Program-made: the position numbers and the translations under genes
Shown: piece by piece, positions 1 to 9,377 of the stretch
How positions within the stretch are numbered: position 1 is the first letter of the stretch
Layout of the letters: every line of letters starts with the position of its first letter
Notes under the pieces: generated by a model
The model's input: the letters and a program-made list of their open reading frames with translations, nothing else
What the model was told of the DNA's origin: nothing
The model's database searches: none
Assembly (NCBI GenBank): GCA_016198905.1
Contig: JACQHR010000013.1
Location: forward strand, 70,153 to 134,152
Source: Candidatus Omnitrophota bacterium
Lineage (GTDB): Bacteria > Omnitrophota > Gorgyraeia > Aquiviventales > Aquiviventaceae
DNA length: 64,000 bases
Reading direction: 5' to 3'

Positions 1-76
1 CAGCACAAGATGTTGTTGCCTGTTCAATCTGGCGCAATCTGCGTTTGCTGCTCGAAGAAACACCCATGACTTCCTG

Positions 77-125
77 CCTACTGCTTACTGCCGACTAGCT
101 ACTGACCGGCTCCTATTGCTTACTG
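77..125. repeat. heptad array (NNTACTG-type)x7
   Basis: cctactg cttactg ccgacta gctactg accggct cctattg cttactg, spanning the PilZ gene stop. Confidence 0.45.
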
Positions 126-490
126 TTGTCTTCCGGAGGGAGCGCGTTCAGCGCGGCATACTGCCCGAGGAGGGATACATCCTTTGAATCAATGGTCACA
201 AACTTGACCCCGATCTCGATGGTGGGAGTCTCGTAACTTTTGCGCGGCCCGCCAATCGGACGCGACCAGACCACTGCTGCGGAAAACGTGATCGGCGTGT
301 TGCGGTCTGGAAGTTGTAACTCAACATCGAGAGGTTCGCCCGGTTCGACGATCTCATCCGTCACGAAACAAATGCCGACACCGCTGATGTTCTTCGTGAG
401 CCCACGCCGCACTTTGCCGGTCTTGACGATCTTGAAGACCGTCGTCAGCTTGGTGCGCAATCGAATCACATGCCGTCGCTCAGGCTGCAT
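113..490 (-). CDS. PilZ domain-containing protein
   Basis: 125 aa. RxxxR (RRHVIR) followed by N-I-S-G-V-G, matching the D/NxSxxG half of the c-di-GMP-binding PilZ signature. Confidence 0.75.
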   Translation of the reverse strand: MQPERRHVIRLRTKLTTVFKIVKTGKVRRGLTKNISGVGICFVTDEIVEPGEPLDVELQLPDRNTPITFSAAVVWSRPIGGPRKSYETPTIEIGVKFVTIDSKDVSLLGQYAALNALPPEDNSKQ

Positions 491-523
491 GGATGCGGGT
501 CAACGGCTCTTCGCCTGATCCTT

Positions 524-1783
524 TCACGGCGCCGCGGTGGGGGACTCGGAGGCTGGAGCGCTGGTCGCAGCCATCGATGATCCACTGTGACTATCGAGAT
601 AAGTCCGCACCGCGGCCGACGTGGCGACATCCTGCGCCATCTCGCGCGCCAAGTGCGTTTCCACCCGCTGCAGATTGCCGGCACTCATCCCCGTCAGGGG
701 GGCCACCACAACGGATTGATAGCCGGTGGGGCCTTTCAAGAGGCCGGCCTGGCGCGTGTTGCGTTTCTTTTCCGACCAGAGCACCGTGCCGCTGGCGGCG
801 TCGACCACCTCCAACTGCAGCTCCGCTTTGACCCAGGACTCCACGACGGCGTAGCTGCGGCCCCAGTCCGTCACCGTCCCGCGCAACAGCACGTCGGCTC
901 CGAGTGCGCCTGCCGCATCTACCGTCACCGATTGTCCTGGCATCCATCCGTGATCTTTGAGCGCAGCGTCGATTCCCTGCAACTCCAGCACGTCGAAGTC
1001 GCTCTCTTGCAGACTCGCCGCCATATCCTGGCGCAAGGCGTCGGCTGCAGGCTGCCAGGGTTGGCGCTTCGCCTCAAATGGTAGAATCGCCAACCGCGCG
1101 CGACCCGATGCAGCGGCAGACGCCGTCACTTCGTGCGCGCTCATGGCAGGATTGGGCATCCCCTTCAGCGCTTGCCTCGCCGCAGCATCTGCGACGCGTA
1201 GAAACTTCACCTCCGGATGAAAACTGCGCGCCTGATCTTTGAGAAAATCCACGACTTGGCCCTTTTTCATCAGCGCCCCGCCGCGCTCAGCGGCACTCAC
1301 CGGCTGTCGCCAGAGTGCGTTGCCCGATGACGTCTCGACCATGCGCAGCGATCCTCGCAGACTCGTCTCGGTGTAGAGCGGCGTCGAGAGATGTACGATG
1401 CGGCTGATCTCACCATAGATGACCGCATCGACGCCCAGCGTCCGTCCCAGCGTTTGCGCCGTCGCCTCGCGCCACTTCCCCTCGTCCACCGGCCCGAAGG
1501 CGTCGCTGAGTTTCTGATCCACCTCGGCCAGTTTCATGTCCTCGTAGCCGTATGGCGCGAAGGCGTAGTAGAACGTCTTGCGGAATGTGTCGCGGCCGAT
1601 GACATGCGAGGCGGGAATCGCTTCTCCTGCCTTCAGATCGTACGGGTACGTGATCACGAAGGGCAGCACCGCGACTCGTGTCGGCGGATGCTCGAGAAAT
1701 CCAGGACGCACGTACGCCTTCGGCCCTGCGCATCCTGCGAGCATGAGGACAGCGCTCGTGGAAGCGATCAGCCGCCGCACCAT
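524..1783 (-). CDS. lipoprotein with two tandem DUF799/LpoB-like domains
   Basis: ORF 524..1855. The internal Met gives MVRRLIASTSAVLMLAGC, a lipobox, directly after the upstream stop at 1785. Two internally similar halves (RVAVLPF... and RLAILPF...). Confidence 0.55.
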   Translation of the reverse strand: MVRRLIASTSAVLMLAGCAGPKAYVRPGFLEHPPTRVAVLPFVITYPYDLKAGEAIPASHVIGRDTFRKTFYYAFAPYGYEDMKLAEVDQKLSDAFGPVDEGKWREATAQTLGRTLGVDAVIYGEISRIVHLSTPLYTETSLRGSLRMVETSSGNALWRQPVSAAERGGALMKKGQVVDFLKDQARSFHPEVKFLRVADAAARQALKGMPNPAMSAHEVTASAAASGRARLAILPFEAKRQPWQPAADALRQDMAASLQESDFDVLELQGIDAALKDHGWMPGQSVTVDAAGALGADVLLRGTVTDWGRSYAVVESWVKAELQLEVVDAASGTVLWSEKKRNTRQAGLLKGPTGYQSVVVAPLTGMSAGNLQRVETHLAREMAQDVATSAAVRTYLDSHSGSSMAATSAPASESPTAAP

Positions 1784-1784
1784 C

Positions 1785-2819
1785 TTACGCCGATGAAACC
1801 GGGGCCGCAGGGGCGCGGGCGTTCGCATCGACGTACCACTGGACGAACGCCACACTCGACACGAACAGCAAATAGAAATACCCCACCATATACACCAGAC
1901 TCGTCAGCAGGGTCAGGATCATCCCCGCAGGACCGCCGATGACACGCCCCATCCATTCGCCGATGATGAGCACCAGACCGACGCCAAGCGAAATCGCCCC
2001 AAGCAGAACACTGAGTCCTGCCAACGGCCACCAGGCGCCGCGCGTCGTGCGAAACGTCGCGCGCAATCCGGCGATGGGTCCAACTCCATCAACGACGATC
2101 GCAATGAACCAAAAGAGCAGCTTGATGCTCAGCCACACGACACCGACGGTCAGTGCCAACGTCAGGAGTACTGCCAACACCGCAAGCAGCCATCCCGGCA
2201 TCACGCGGTCAAGTCCGCTCATGATCAATATGATCACGAGCATCGCCAGCATCGCGACGATGAACGCCGCCGCCATGAGGAGCCACCCGCGCAACAGAGC
2301 CCAAAACGCGCGACCGGCGGCTTGAAAGAATGTTCTAAGATGCGCGCGCGGATCGGCGATGCGAGCCGCCACGTACCCTATTTGTCCGCCGATGAGCCAT
2401 ACTTTCACGACCGTAAAGAGCAGCAGGCATAAGAGGAGCACCGGCCACGCGCGTCCCATCCACTCACCAATGACGCGCACGCGCCGCTCGTCTTCTTGTT
2501 GGCGCGCTTTGGCCTGGGCATCAGGGGCGGGTGTTGTGGAAGCAGCGGTCGATGCCTGCGTCGTCACACTGATTGCCGACTCAGGACTCGTTGCCGCATT
2601 CGACGTGTCGGCCGATGGAGCCGGCGGTGGCGTCAGCGTCGCCTGCGCTGTTGCGGGCTGCTCCGGAAACAACTCTTTAGGAGGATTCGTCAGCGCGACA
2701 AGCAGACCCGTCACCGCCACGAGCGCGACCGAACATCCCGCAAACACCCCGATACCGGCCCACATCCGACTGGCGATGCGAAACCCTTGCCCGATTGACC
2801 GCCCGATGTTCGGCTGCAT
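1785..2819 (-). CDS. hypothetical polytopic membrane protein with Pro/Ala/Thr-rich linker
   Basis: 344 aa, multiple hydrophobic helices, repeated IGEWMGR motif. No family recognised. Confidence 0.55.
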   Translation of the reverse strand: MQPNIGRSIGQGFRIASRMWAGIGVFAGCSVALVAVTGLLVALTNPPKELFPEQPATAQATLTPPPAPSADTSNAATSPESAISVTTQASTAASTTPAPDAQAKARQQEDERRVRVIGEWMGRAWPVLLLCLLLFTVVKVWLIGGQIGYVAARIADPRAHLRTFFQAAGRAFWALLRGWLLMAAAFIVAMLAMLVIILIMSGLDRVMPGWLLAVLAVLLTLALTVGVVWLSIKLLFWFIAIVVDGVGPIAGLRATFRTTRGAWWPLAGLSVLLGAISLGVGLVLIIGEWMGRVIGGPAGMILTLLTSLVYMVGYFYLLFVSSVAFVQWYVDANARAPAAPVSSA

Positions 2820-2833
2820 TCACCCTCCTGACG

Positions 2834-3103
2834 TTAGACGAACTGTTGCTGCAACACCCGCTCGATGCGCGGCCCAAGAGCACTCCACTCTGCCTCAGAC
2901 GTTTTCGTAATCGAGATGAAGTTATTCACCGCAAACACCTGGACGACGCCTGCAATGCCGAGCAGCTGTTTGGCCCATGTGACATTGGCCGTCGCGGCAT
3001 CACGGTAGGTCGTGCCGTGCGCGGCGACGACGCGGTTCAGCGTAAACTTTGCCGCATTCGGATTCGGCGTGCCTTGCGCGCTAATCTGTAACAGCTCTGC
3101 CAT
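2834..3103 (-). CDS. NifU/Nfu N-terminal domain-containing protein
   Basis: 89 aa. TPNPNAAKFTLN ... VVQVFAVNNFISITK pattern typical of the Nfu_N scaffold domain. Confidence 0.65.
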   Translation of the reverse strand: MAELLQISAQGTPNPNAAKFTLNRVVAAHGTTYRDAATANVTWAKQLLGIAGVVQVFAVNNFISITKTSEAEWSALGPRIERVLQQQFV

Positions 3104-3110
3104 GGCGCCT

Positions 3111-3803
3111 TCAATACGTGCCAGACCTCTGTGGTCTCACCCACATGAATGGGAGGTAGGCTAGGAAGAACAATCCAAGCGCCGCGATCTCCATCACGCC
3201 TATATAGTACGGCCACGGGCCGAAGTAGTCGAGCAGGCTCGGTTGGCTCGGCTTGTGCGCCAAGTAGCCGTAGTTTGTTCCGTAGATCCCATTCAAGCAA
3301 CCGGCCACGAGCACGTAGACGTTGCTCACTCCAAAGACATACCAGATGGATCGGATCGTCGGCCGCACACGATCGGTCACCGCGAGGTACACGGCGCTGC
3401 AGACCACTCCCCCGTGCACGATGAAGAACGTGATCCACCAATAACTCGGAAAACTTTCCCGCAGATCGGGGGTGAGCAGGGCTTGCACGCTGCCTGTCAT
3501 TCCCCAAAAGTAGGCCAGTTCGCTCATCCGATGCTTCGGCCACCACAATGCCCACACGGTCGCGAAGAGGGCTACGTCGCACAGTTGCAGCGGCACACGT
3601 GCCCTACCCTGCAGGACGGCCACGATGAGCGCGATGACCTCGTTGCTCAGCAGCACGATAGCGGCTACGCGCCGCAGCCAACGATCGCGTGGCTCAGTGA
3701 TCCATCGACGACCGATGATGAGCGCGACCATCGCGCCGGCGACGAGGGCCAAGACGGCGACGTGATCCGTCCCAAAAAGCGCAAACGGATGCGCCGTAGC
3801 CAT
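3111..3803 (-). CDS. integral membrane protein (TIGR02206/YwaF-like)
   Basis: ORF 3111..3998. The hydrophobic protein starts at the internal Met (MATAHPFALFG); the upstream part is Arg/Gly-rich and overlaps the neighbouring gene. Confidence 0.5.
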   Translation of the reverse strand: MATAHPFALFGTDHVAVLALVAGAMVALIIGRRWITEPRDRWLRRVAAIVLLSNEVIALIVAVLQGRARVPLQLCDVALFATVWALWWPKHRMSELAYFWGMTGSVQALLTPDLRESFPSYWWITFFIVHGGVVCSAVYLAVTDRVRPTIRSIWYVFGVSNVYVLVAGCLNGIYGTNYGYLAHKPSQPSLLDYFGPWPYYIGVMEIAALGLFFLAYLPFMWVRPQRSGTY

Positions 3804-3808
3804 CACGG

Positions 3809-4117
3809 CTATGGGCGTTGGCCGAGCTCCTGAAATCGCTTCGCCCACATGCGCGCTTCTCGCGCCACCGCCAGACGAAACTCTGGTTGTTGGCCGAGTC
3901 GCGGCCACACCTGTTCCCACGTCTGGACGGCCGTGCTGACGTTGCGCAAGAGCTCCTGCGCTGCGCCGGCCTGCTTCTGTGCCGAGGCTTGCGCGCACAC
4001 CGTCGTGAGATCGGCGAGCGCGCGCTGGATGAGATCCGCCGGCTTGCGCGCCTCGATCAGCGAGGCGAGGTCGGCAAAAATCGTTCCGACCCGCTCCAGC
4101 GTCGATTCAGGAGACAT
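3809..4117 (-). CDS. hypothetical protein
   Basis: ORF 3809..4249. Start placed at MSPESTLERV, just after the nfo stop region. No motif recognised. Confidence 0.35.
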   Translation of the reverse strand: MSPESTLERVGTIFADLASLIEARKPADLIQRALADLTTVCAQASAQKQAGAAQELLRNVSTAVQTWEQVWPRLGQQPEFRLAVAREARMWAKRFQELGQRP

Positions 4118-5018
4118 GGGCTCGACTCCGCCGTGATGGGTGGACCGATCGCACGAGCTTCTTGACGACTGCGAGGTTGCGTCGATCCTCAGCGTCCCCG
4201 GCCCGACTCTCGCGAGAACCGGGGCGGGCCGTGCTCTTGGGCGTCTCAAGAATGAACGGAAGATTTTTCAGCTTCGGATGGTTGACGATGCGGCCAAAGG
4301 CTTCGAGCCCGATGTGGCCTTTGCCGATGTGCCAATGCCGATCCACCCGCGCATCAAACGGCACGTGCGAATCGTTCAGATGGATGAGCTTCAGATGCGC
4401 AAAGCCGAGCGTTCGGTCAAAGGCCGCAAGCGTCTGCTCCAGCCCCTCTGCGGTATGAATCGGATAGCCGGCGGCAAACAGGTGCGCGGTATCAAGACAA
4501 ATGCCGACGCGCTCCTTGCCGTTCACCTGATCGCGAATCGCCGCCAACTGCTCAAACTGATAGCCCAATCCCTGCCCGGAGCCTGCCGTGTTTTCCAGGA
4601 GAACCATCACGGTCTCGTCGATGCCGCGCAGGGTCTGCGTGAGGGCGTCGGCGACTTTGGCCGCTCCGGCTTGCTCACCGCTTCCTTTGTGGCTGCCGAC
4701 ATGCGTCACCAGATACTGGGCCTTGAGCGTCGCGGCACGGACGTATTCCTCCCGGTACAACCGCAGCGATTGCCGCCACATGGCGGGATCCGGCGAGGCG
4801 AGGTTAATGATGTAGGGGCCGTGGATGGCGAGCGGGTCGATGCCAGCGTCGCGGCGCTCACGGTCAAACTGCTGCGCGAGCTCGCGCGGAATGGGAACCG
4901 AGGGGCCGCCGCGGGGACTGCGGCTGAAGATCTGCATCGTGCTGCAGGCAAGCCGCTTGGCGCGCTCAACGGCCTCGAGCAGCCCGCCGGCAATCGGGAC
5001 ATGGACGCCTAACCGCAT
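4107..5018 (-). CDS. nfo: deoxyribonuclease IV (endonuclease IV)
   Basis: 303 aa. MRLGVHVPIAGG, HGPYIINLASPD, LENTAGSG, CLDTAHLFAAGY and ILETP blocks typical of the Nfo TIM-barrel AP endonuclease. Confidence 0.85.
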   Translation of the reverse strand: MRLGVHVPIAGGLLEAVERAKRLACSTMQIFSRSPRGGPSVPIPRELAQQFDRERRDAGIDPLAIHGPYIINLASPDPAMWRQSLRLYREEYVRAATLKAQYLVTHVGSHKGSGEQAGAAKVADALTQTLRGIDETVMVLLENTAGSGQGLGYQFEQLAAIRDQVNGKERVGICLDTAHLFAAGYPIHTAEGLEQTLAAFDRTLGFAHLKLIHLNDSHVPFDARVDRHWHIGKGHIGLEAFGRIVNHPKLKNLPFILETPKSTARPGSRESRAGDAEDRRNLAVVKKLVRSVHPSRRSRAHVS

Positions 5019-5234
5019 GGGAGTGCTTATGGTATCACGACGCTGGCGTCAGGACAACGTCGACGTCAGGTTCTCTTGACCAATCTCACCACCCCCCGTA
5101 TGATAAGGGCAATGAGTCGCGTGGCATCCATCTGGGGCTCGGCGCTCCTGAAGCGGCTGCCATCGAGGCAGCCGCGGAATGCCGAGCGCGCGGGCGCTCG
5201 GCCTTCGATCCTATGAGGCAACAATGAAAAGAAA

Positions 5235-5310
5235 TGGTGGAGCAGACGGGGATCGAACCCGTGACCTACAGACTGCCAGCCTGTCGCTCTCCCAGCTGAG
5301 CTACTGCCCC
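5235..5310 (-). tRNA. tRNA-Ala (anticodon GGC), CCA encoded
   Basis: The reverse complement folds as a 76-nt cloverleaf: GGGGCAG acceptor with the G3:U70 Ala identity pair, anticodon loop CTGGCAG, GGTTCGATCC T-arm, terminal ACCA. Confidence 0.9.
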
Positions 5311-5323
5311 ACGATAAGTTGGC

Positions 5324-6847
5324 GTGATGATGACGCGGAAGGATATCAACGATAACATGAGCGTTTCTCTGTGTCAACGACGGTGGGGCTGGCGGGCGCG
5401 CCTGGCGCTCCTCGGGATCACGTCCGCAGCGCTGGTGATCGCTGCGGACGCTGCGACGACGACTGCAACAGCCCCACGCATCCTCAGCCACACCAATCTC
5501 ATCGAGCTCGATAATCAGATCATCAGCCCGGTCACGCAGCAGTACATCGTCGATGCGATTGCGCGATCGGAGTCGGATGGCGCGGTCTGTCTGGTCATCA
5601 TGCTCGATACTCCCGGCGGCCTGCTGGAATCGACGCGCGGCATCGTCAAGCGGATGATGAATGCGAAGGTCCCGATCGTCGTCTATGTCGCCCCATCGGG
5701 GTCGCGGGCCGGCTCGGCCGGTGTCTTTATCACGCTGGCCGCCCATGTTGCGGCGATGGCACCGTCCACGAATATCGGTGCGGCCCATCCGGTCGGCCTA
5801 CAAGGCGGCGGACCGGTCAAAAAACTGATTCGGACATTCCGGCGGGCCGTCGAGGACGACACGAAATCCAAGATGGATAAGGATGGCAAGCATCGCGGCG
5901 AAGAAGAGATCGTCGAGGAAACGCAGAGTGATCCGATGGCCGAGAAGGTCATGAACGACACGGTGGCCTGGATCACGACCATCGCAAAGGCGCGCGGCCG
6001 CAACGAGACCTGGGCCGCTAAAGCCGTCACCGAGAGCGTGTCCGTCACAGAAACCGAAGCGGTCAAGGATCACATCGTGGATTTGATCGCCGCCGACGTC
6101 CCGGCACTCCTCGCCGCCATCGAGGGACGAACGGTCGAGCTCGCCGGCATCCCGGTCGAGCTGCACACAGCCAACTCCCAGATCATCCATCTGCCGATGT
6201 CGCGCCGCCAAGAATTCCTCACCATCATCACGAACCCGAACATCGCCTACCTCCTGATGCTCTTGGGCACGCTCGGACTCATCTTCGAGTTCACGCATCC
6301 GGGCTTGGCATTTCCCGGCATCGCGGGCCTCATCTGCCTGCTGCTGGCACTCTACGCGTTTCAGGCGCTGCCCGTCAGCTACGCCGCGATCGGGCTGCTC
6401 CTCTTAGGGCTGGTCCTGCTCATTGCGGAAGTGAAGATTGTCAGTCATGGGTTACTTGGAATTAGCGGCGTTGTGGCCCTGACGCTGGGCAGCCTCATGT
6501 TGTTTGAATCGCCGGGCTCCAATCTGCGCGTCTCGCTGCGCGTGATTCTTCCGACGGTCGGGACCATCGCGGGGATCGTCCTATTTATCGTCAACCGCGC
6601 GTTGAGCGCCCAGCGGCACCGCGTCACGACGGGCGTGCAGGGCTTGCTCGGGGAGATCGGGGTCGCCTCCACCGACGTGAATCTTGAGGGAAAAGTCTTC
6701 GTGCATGGCGAGCTATGGAATGCCGTCAGCCAGCGCCCCATCCAACAAGGCGAGAAGGTGCGGATCCTTCGTGTTGAGGGACTGCAGTTGCTCGTCGAAT
6801 CGCACGCACCAGGTTTCGCCAAGCCACGACACACGAAACGCACCTAA
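5324..6847 (+). CDS. NfeD family membrane-bound ClpP-class serine protease
   Basis: 507 aa. N-terminal ClpP-like domain (MLDTPGGLLEST, SAGVFI, NIGAAHPV), central TM helices and a C-terminal OB-like NfeD domain (GKVFVHGELWNA). Sits upstream of an SPFH gene. The start is uncertain (GTG/ATG cluster at 5324-5332). Confidence 0.85.
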   Translation: MMMTRKDINDNMSVSLCQRRWGWRARLALLGITSAALVIAADAATTTATAPRILSHTNLIELDNQIISPVTQQYIVDAIARSESDGAVCLVIMLDTPGGLLESTRGIVKRMMNAKVPIVVYVAPSGSRAGSAGVFITLAAHVAAMAPSTNIGAAHPVGLQGGGPVKKLIRTFRRAVEDDTKSKMDKDGKHRGEEEIVEETQSDPMAEKVMNDTVAWITTIAKARGRNETWAAKAVTESVSVTETEAVKDHIVDLIAADVPALLAAIEGRTVELAGIPVELHTANSQIIHLPMSRRQEFLTIITNPNIAYLLMLLGTLGLIFEFTHPGLAFPGIAGLICLLLALYAFQALPVSYAAIGLLLLGLVLLIAEVKIVSHGLLGISGVVALTLGSLMLFESPGSNLRVSLRVILPTVGTIAGIVLFIVNRALSAQRHRVTTGVQGLLGEIGVASTDVNLEGKVFVHGELWNAVSQRPIQQGEKVRILRVEGLQLLVESHAPGFAKPRHTKRT

Positions 6848-6862
6848 CGCAGGAGGGATTGG

Positions 6863-7624
6863 ATGCTCTTTGGCTCAATGCTCGTGCCGGTGATCGTGAT
6901 CCTCGGTTTTTGGCTCATCAACTGCGTGAAGATCTTGAACGAGTATGAACGCGGCGTCATCTTCCGGCTCGGACGCATGACGCCGGAGCCGCTCGGGCCG
7001 GGGCTGAAGCTCATCTTCTTTCCCATCGATCGGCTCGTCCGCATCAGCTTGCGCACCATCACGCTCGATGTGCCTCCGCAGGATGTCATCACCAAGGATA
7101 ATGTGTCGATCAAAGTGAACGCCGTGGTGTACTTTCGCGTGATGGAACCGAACAAGGCGATCGTCGAGGTGGAAGACTACCTCTTCGCCAGTTCCCAGAT
7201 GGCGCAGACCACACTGCGCAGCGTGCTCGGACAAGTCGAGCTCGATGAGCTTCTCGCCCACCGCGAGGCATTGAATGAGCGGCTCCAAACCCTGATCGAC
7301 AAACAGACCGCCCCGTGGGGCGTGAAAGTCTCCGCCGTCGAAATCAAACAGGTGGATTTGCCGGAGGAAATTCGCCGCGCGATGGCGCGCCAAGCCGAGG
7401 CGGAACGCGTGCGACGGGCCAAGATCATCGGCGCCGATGCCGAATTCCAGGCCGCACAAAAACTCGTCGATGCGGCTCGCCTGATGAGCGAAGCGCCCAT
7501 GTCGCTGCAGATGCGCTACCTACAGACGCTGGCGGAGATCGCGACGGAGAAGAACTCGACGATCATCTTCCCGATCCCGATCGAGCTGATCAAGCCGTTC
7601 CTCGAGAAAGCAAAGTCAAGCTAG
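6863..7624 (+). CDS. SPFH/band 7 (stomatin-like) protein
   Basis: 253 aa. [32 protein letters not shown] and [10 protein letters not shown] blocks typical of prokaryotic stomatins. Confidence 0.9.
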   Translation: MLFGSMLVPVIVILGFWLINCVKILNEYERGVIFRLGRMTPEPLGPGLKLIFFPIDRLVRISLRTITLDVPPQDVITKDNVSIKVNAVVYFRVMEPNKAIVEVEDYLFASSQMAQTTLRSVLGQVELDELLAHREALNERLQTLIDKQTAPWGVKVSAVEIKQVDLPEEIRRAMARQAEAERVRRAKIIGADAEFQAAQKLVDAARLMSEAPMSLQMRYLQTLAEIATEKNSTIIFPIPIELIKPFLEKAKSS

Positions 7625-7678
7625 CGCCGGGCGTGTTACAATAGCGCGCGAACGGTACCCCCTGTAATGGCATCCAAC

Positions 7679-7762
7679 GCCGAGGTGGCGGAACTGGCAG
7701 ACGCGCGGGTCTCAAAAACCCGTGGCCGCAAGGTCATGAGGGTTCGATTCCCTCCCTCGGCA
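7679..7762 (+). tRNA. tRNA-Leu (anticodon CAA), no encoded CCA
   Basis: 84-nt class II cloverleaf: GCCGAGG acceptor, anticodon loop CTCAAAA, long variable arm, GGTTCGATTCC T-arm. Confidence 0.9.
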
Positions 7763-7885
7763 CTTCTCATAGGAGGGGATCGAAGGGAGCGCCGACTGAG
7801 TTGGACACAGCGGCGACGAACAGGAGCTGCGACCACCTCAGAAGGCGCGGGCGGCGACCGGAGCGAACCTTGCGAGCGGAGGCGC

Positions 7886-7934
7886 CGATTCCCTCCCTCG
7901 GCACTCTTCATGGGTGGGAATCGAAGAGGGTCGC
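7886..7934 (+). repeat. degenerate second copy of the tRNA-Leu 3-prime end plus its downstream flank
   Basis: cgattccctccctcggcact (20/20 identical to 7745..7764), followed by about 25 nt at roughly 70 percent identity to 7765..7790. Copies are offset by 141 bp. Confidence 0.7.
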
Positions 7935-7959
7935 AAGTCCTGGGGAGACGGAGCGGGCG

Positions 7960-8379
7960 ATGACGCAGCGCAAGCGGATCTTGGTGATCGACGATAATCC
8001 GAGCTTCCGTGAAGTCGTCCAGGTGCGCCTGATCAAGGAAGGCTACGAGGTCACACTGGCTGAGTCAGGACAAGCCGGGCTTGACGCGGTCAAGACACAA
8101 ACGTTCGATCTCATCCTTCTTGATATGCTGATGCCCGAGAAGGACGGCATCACCACCTACCAAGAGCTGCGCGCAAACGCCTCGACGATGCACATTCCGA
8201 TTATTTTGCTCACCGCGGCTGCGGTGGAAGGCCACTGGGAAGCGATGCCGTATGAAACGGAAGGCAAGATCTTTATCCTCGGCAAGCCGTACGACAATCA
8301 GGTGCTGGTGGCACGCATCCGGCAGTTGCTGACCGAAGCCAGCGGAGGCATTGAGGAAGGTTCTACGAAGTCGGCGTAA
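7960..8379 (+). CDS. response regulator (stand-alone receiver domain)
   Basis: ORF 7801..8379. Start placed at MTQRKRILVIDDN. Phospho-acceptor context DLILLDMLMP. Confidence 0.8.
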   Translation: MTQRKRILVIDDNPSFREVVQVRLIKEGYEVTLAESGQAGLDAVKTQTFDLILLDMLMPEKDGITTYQELRANASTMHIPIILLTAAAVEGHWEAMPYETEGKIFILGKPYDNQVLVARIRQLLTEASGGIEEGSTKSA

Positions 8380-9364
8380 CGGTGGCGGGCGGCTGGGCGA
8401 AGGCGCCGATCTGCCGAAACCGCTTGTAGCGCTGCTCGAGCAATCCCTCGCTCGTCATCCCATCGGTCAATTTGAAGAAGCGCAGCAGCGACGCGCGCAA
8501 GCGTTGGGCGATAAATTCCGGATCGCGATGCGCACCCCCCAACGGCTCTTCGATCACTTCATCCACAATCCCCAACTTCAAGAGATCGGCTGAGGTCAGT
8601 TTCAGCGCCTCCGCCGCGTCGGGGGCCCGCGCGCGATCCCGCCAGAGAATCGCCGCGCACCCTTCCGGCGAGATGACCGAGTAGTACGCGTTTTCGAGCA
8701 TCGCCACCCAATCGCCAACCCCGACGCCCAACGCGCCACCCGAGCCACCCTCGCCGATGACGCAAATGTAGATCGGAATCTTCAGACGCGCCATCTCGCG
8801 CATGTTGTGGGCAATCGAATGCGCTTGCCCGCGCTCTTCGGCGCCGATCCCAGGATACGCGCCGGGGGTATCGATGAAGATCACGACCGGCAGATGAAAC
8901 TTCTGCGCCATGTCCATCAAGCGCATCGCCTTGCGATAGCCTTCGGGGTGCGCCGAGCCAAAATTGCGCATGAGGTTTTCTTTGGTGTCGCGCCCCTTTT
9001 GGTGGCCGAGGAACATGCAGGAGCGCCCTTCGAACTTAGCCAAGCCGCCGACGAGCGCGCGATCATCGCTGAAGAGCCGGTCGCCATGGAGACGCGTCAC
9101 ATCGCTGAAGAGGAGTGACACGTAATCGAGCGTGTAGGGCCGCTGAGGATGGCGGGCGAGCTGGACGCGCTGCCACGGCGTGAGCGTCGTGTAGATCTTG
9201 CGCTTGAGCTGCTCCAACTGCGTCTCGAGCCCCTTGACGATCTCGGGGTGCTTCTCGCGGTCGGCGGCTTTCTGCGCTTCCTTGAGCCGGTGCTCCAACT
9301 CCGCAATCGGTTTTTCAAAGTCGTAGCGATAGCCGTTCATGAGTCCCACCGGAGGAGCCGCCAT
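8363..9364 (-). CDS. accA: acetyl-CoA carboxylase carboxyltransferase subunit alpha
   Basis: DFEKPIAELE ..., FIDTPGAYPG and GEGGSGGALG motifs. The start could be 9397, 9364 or 9340. Confidence 0.9.
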   Translation of the reverse strand: MAAPPVGLMNGYRYDFEKPIAELEHRLKEAQKAADREKHPEIVKGLETQLEQLKRKIYTTLTPWQRVQLARHPQRPYTLDYVSLLFSDVTRLHGDRLFSDDRALVGGLAKFEGRSCMFLGHQKGRDTKENLMRNFGSAHPEGYRKAMRLMDMAQKFHLPVVIFIDTPGAYPGIGAEERGQAHSIAHNMREMARLKIPIYICVIGEGGSGGALGVGVGDWVAMLENAYYSVISPEGCAAILWRDRARAPDAAEALKLTSADLLKLGIVDEVIEEPLGGAHRDPEFIAQRLRASLLRFFKLTDGMTSEGLLEQRYKRFRQIGAFAQPPATVTPTS

Positions 9365-9377
9365 GCCCTGCTCGATG

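Noticed and set aside
5066-5788. 240-aa minus-strand ORF spanning the tRNA-Ala gene
   Set aside because: It overlaps a clear tRNA and is antisense to the NfeD N-terminus. The composition is low-complexity.
5324-7624. NfeD-stomatin pair bracketed by two tRNA genes as a mobile or novel module
   Set aside because: The NfeD/SPFH operon is a widespread, well-described pair. There are no repeats, integrase or compositional break around it apart from the separate tRNA-Leu duplication.
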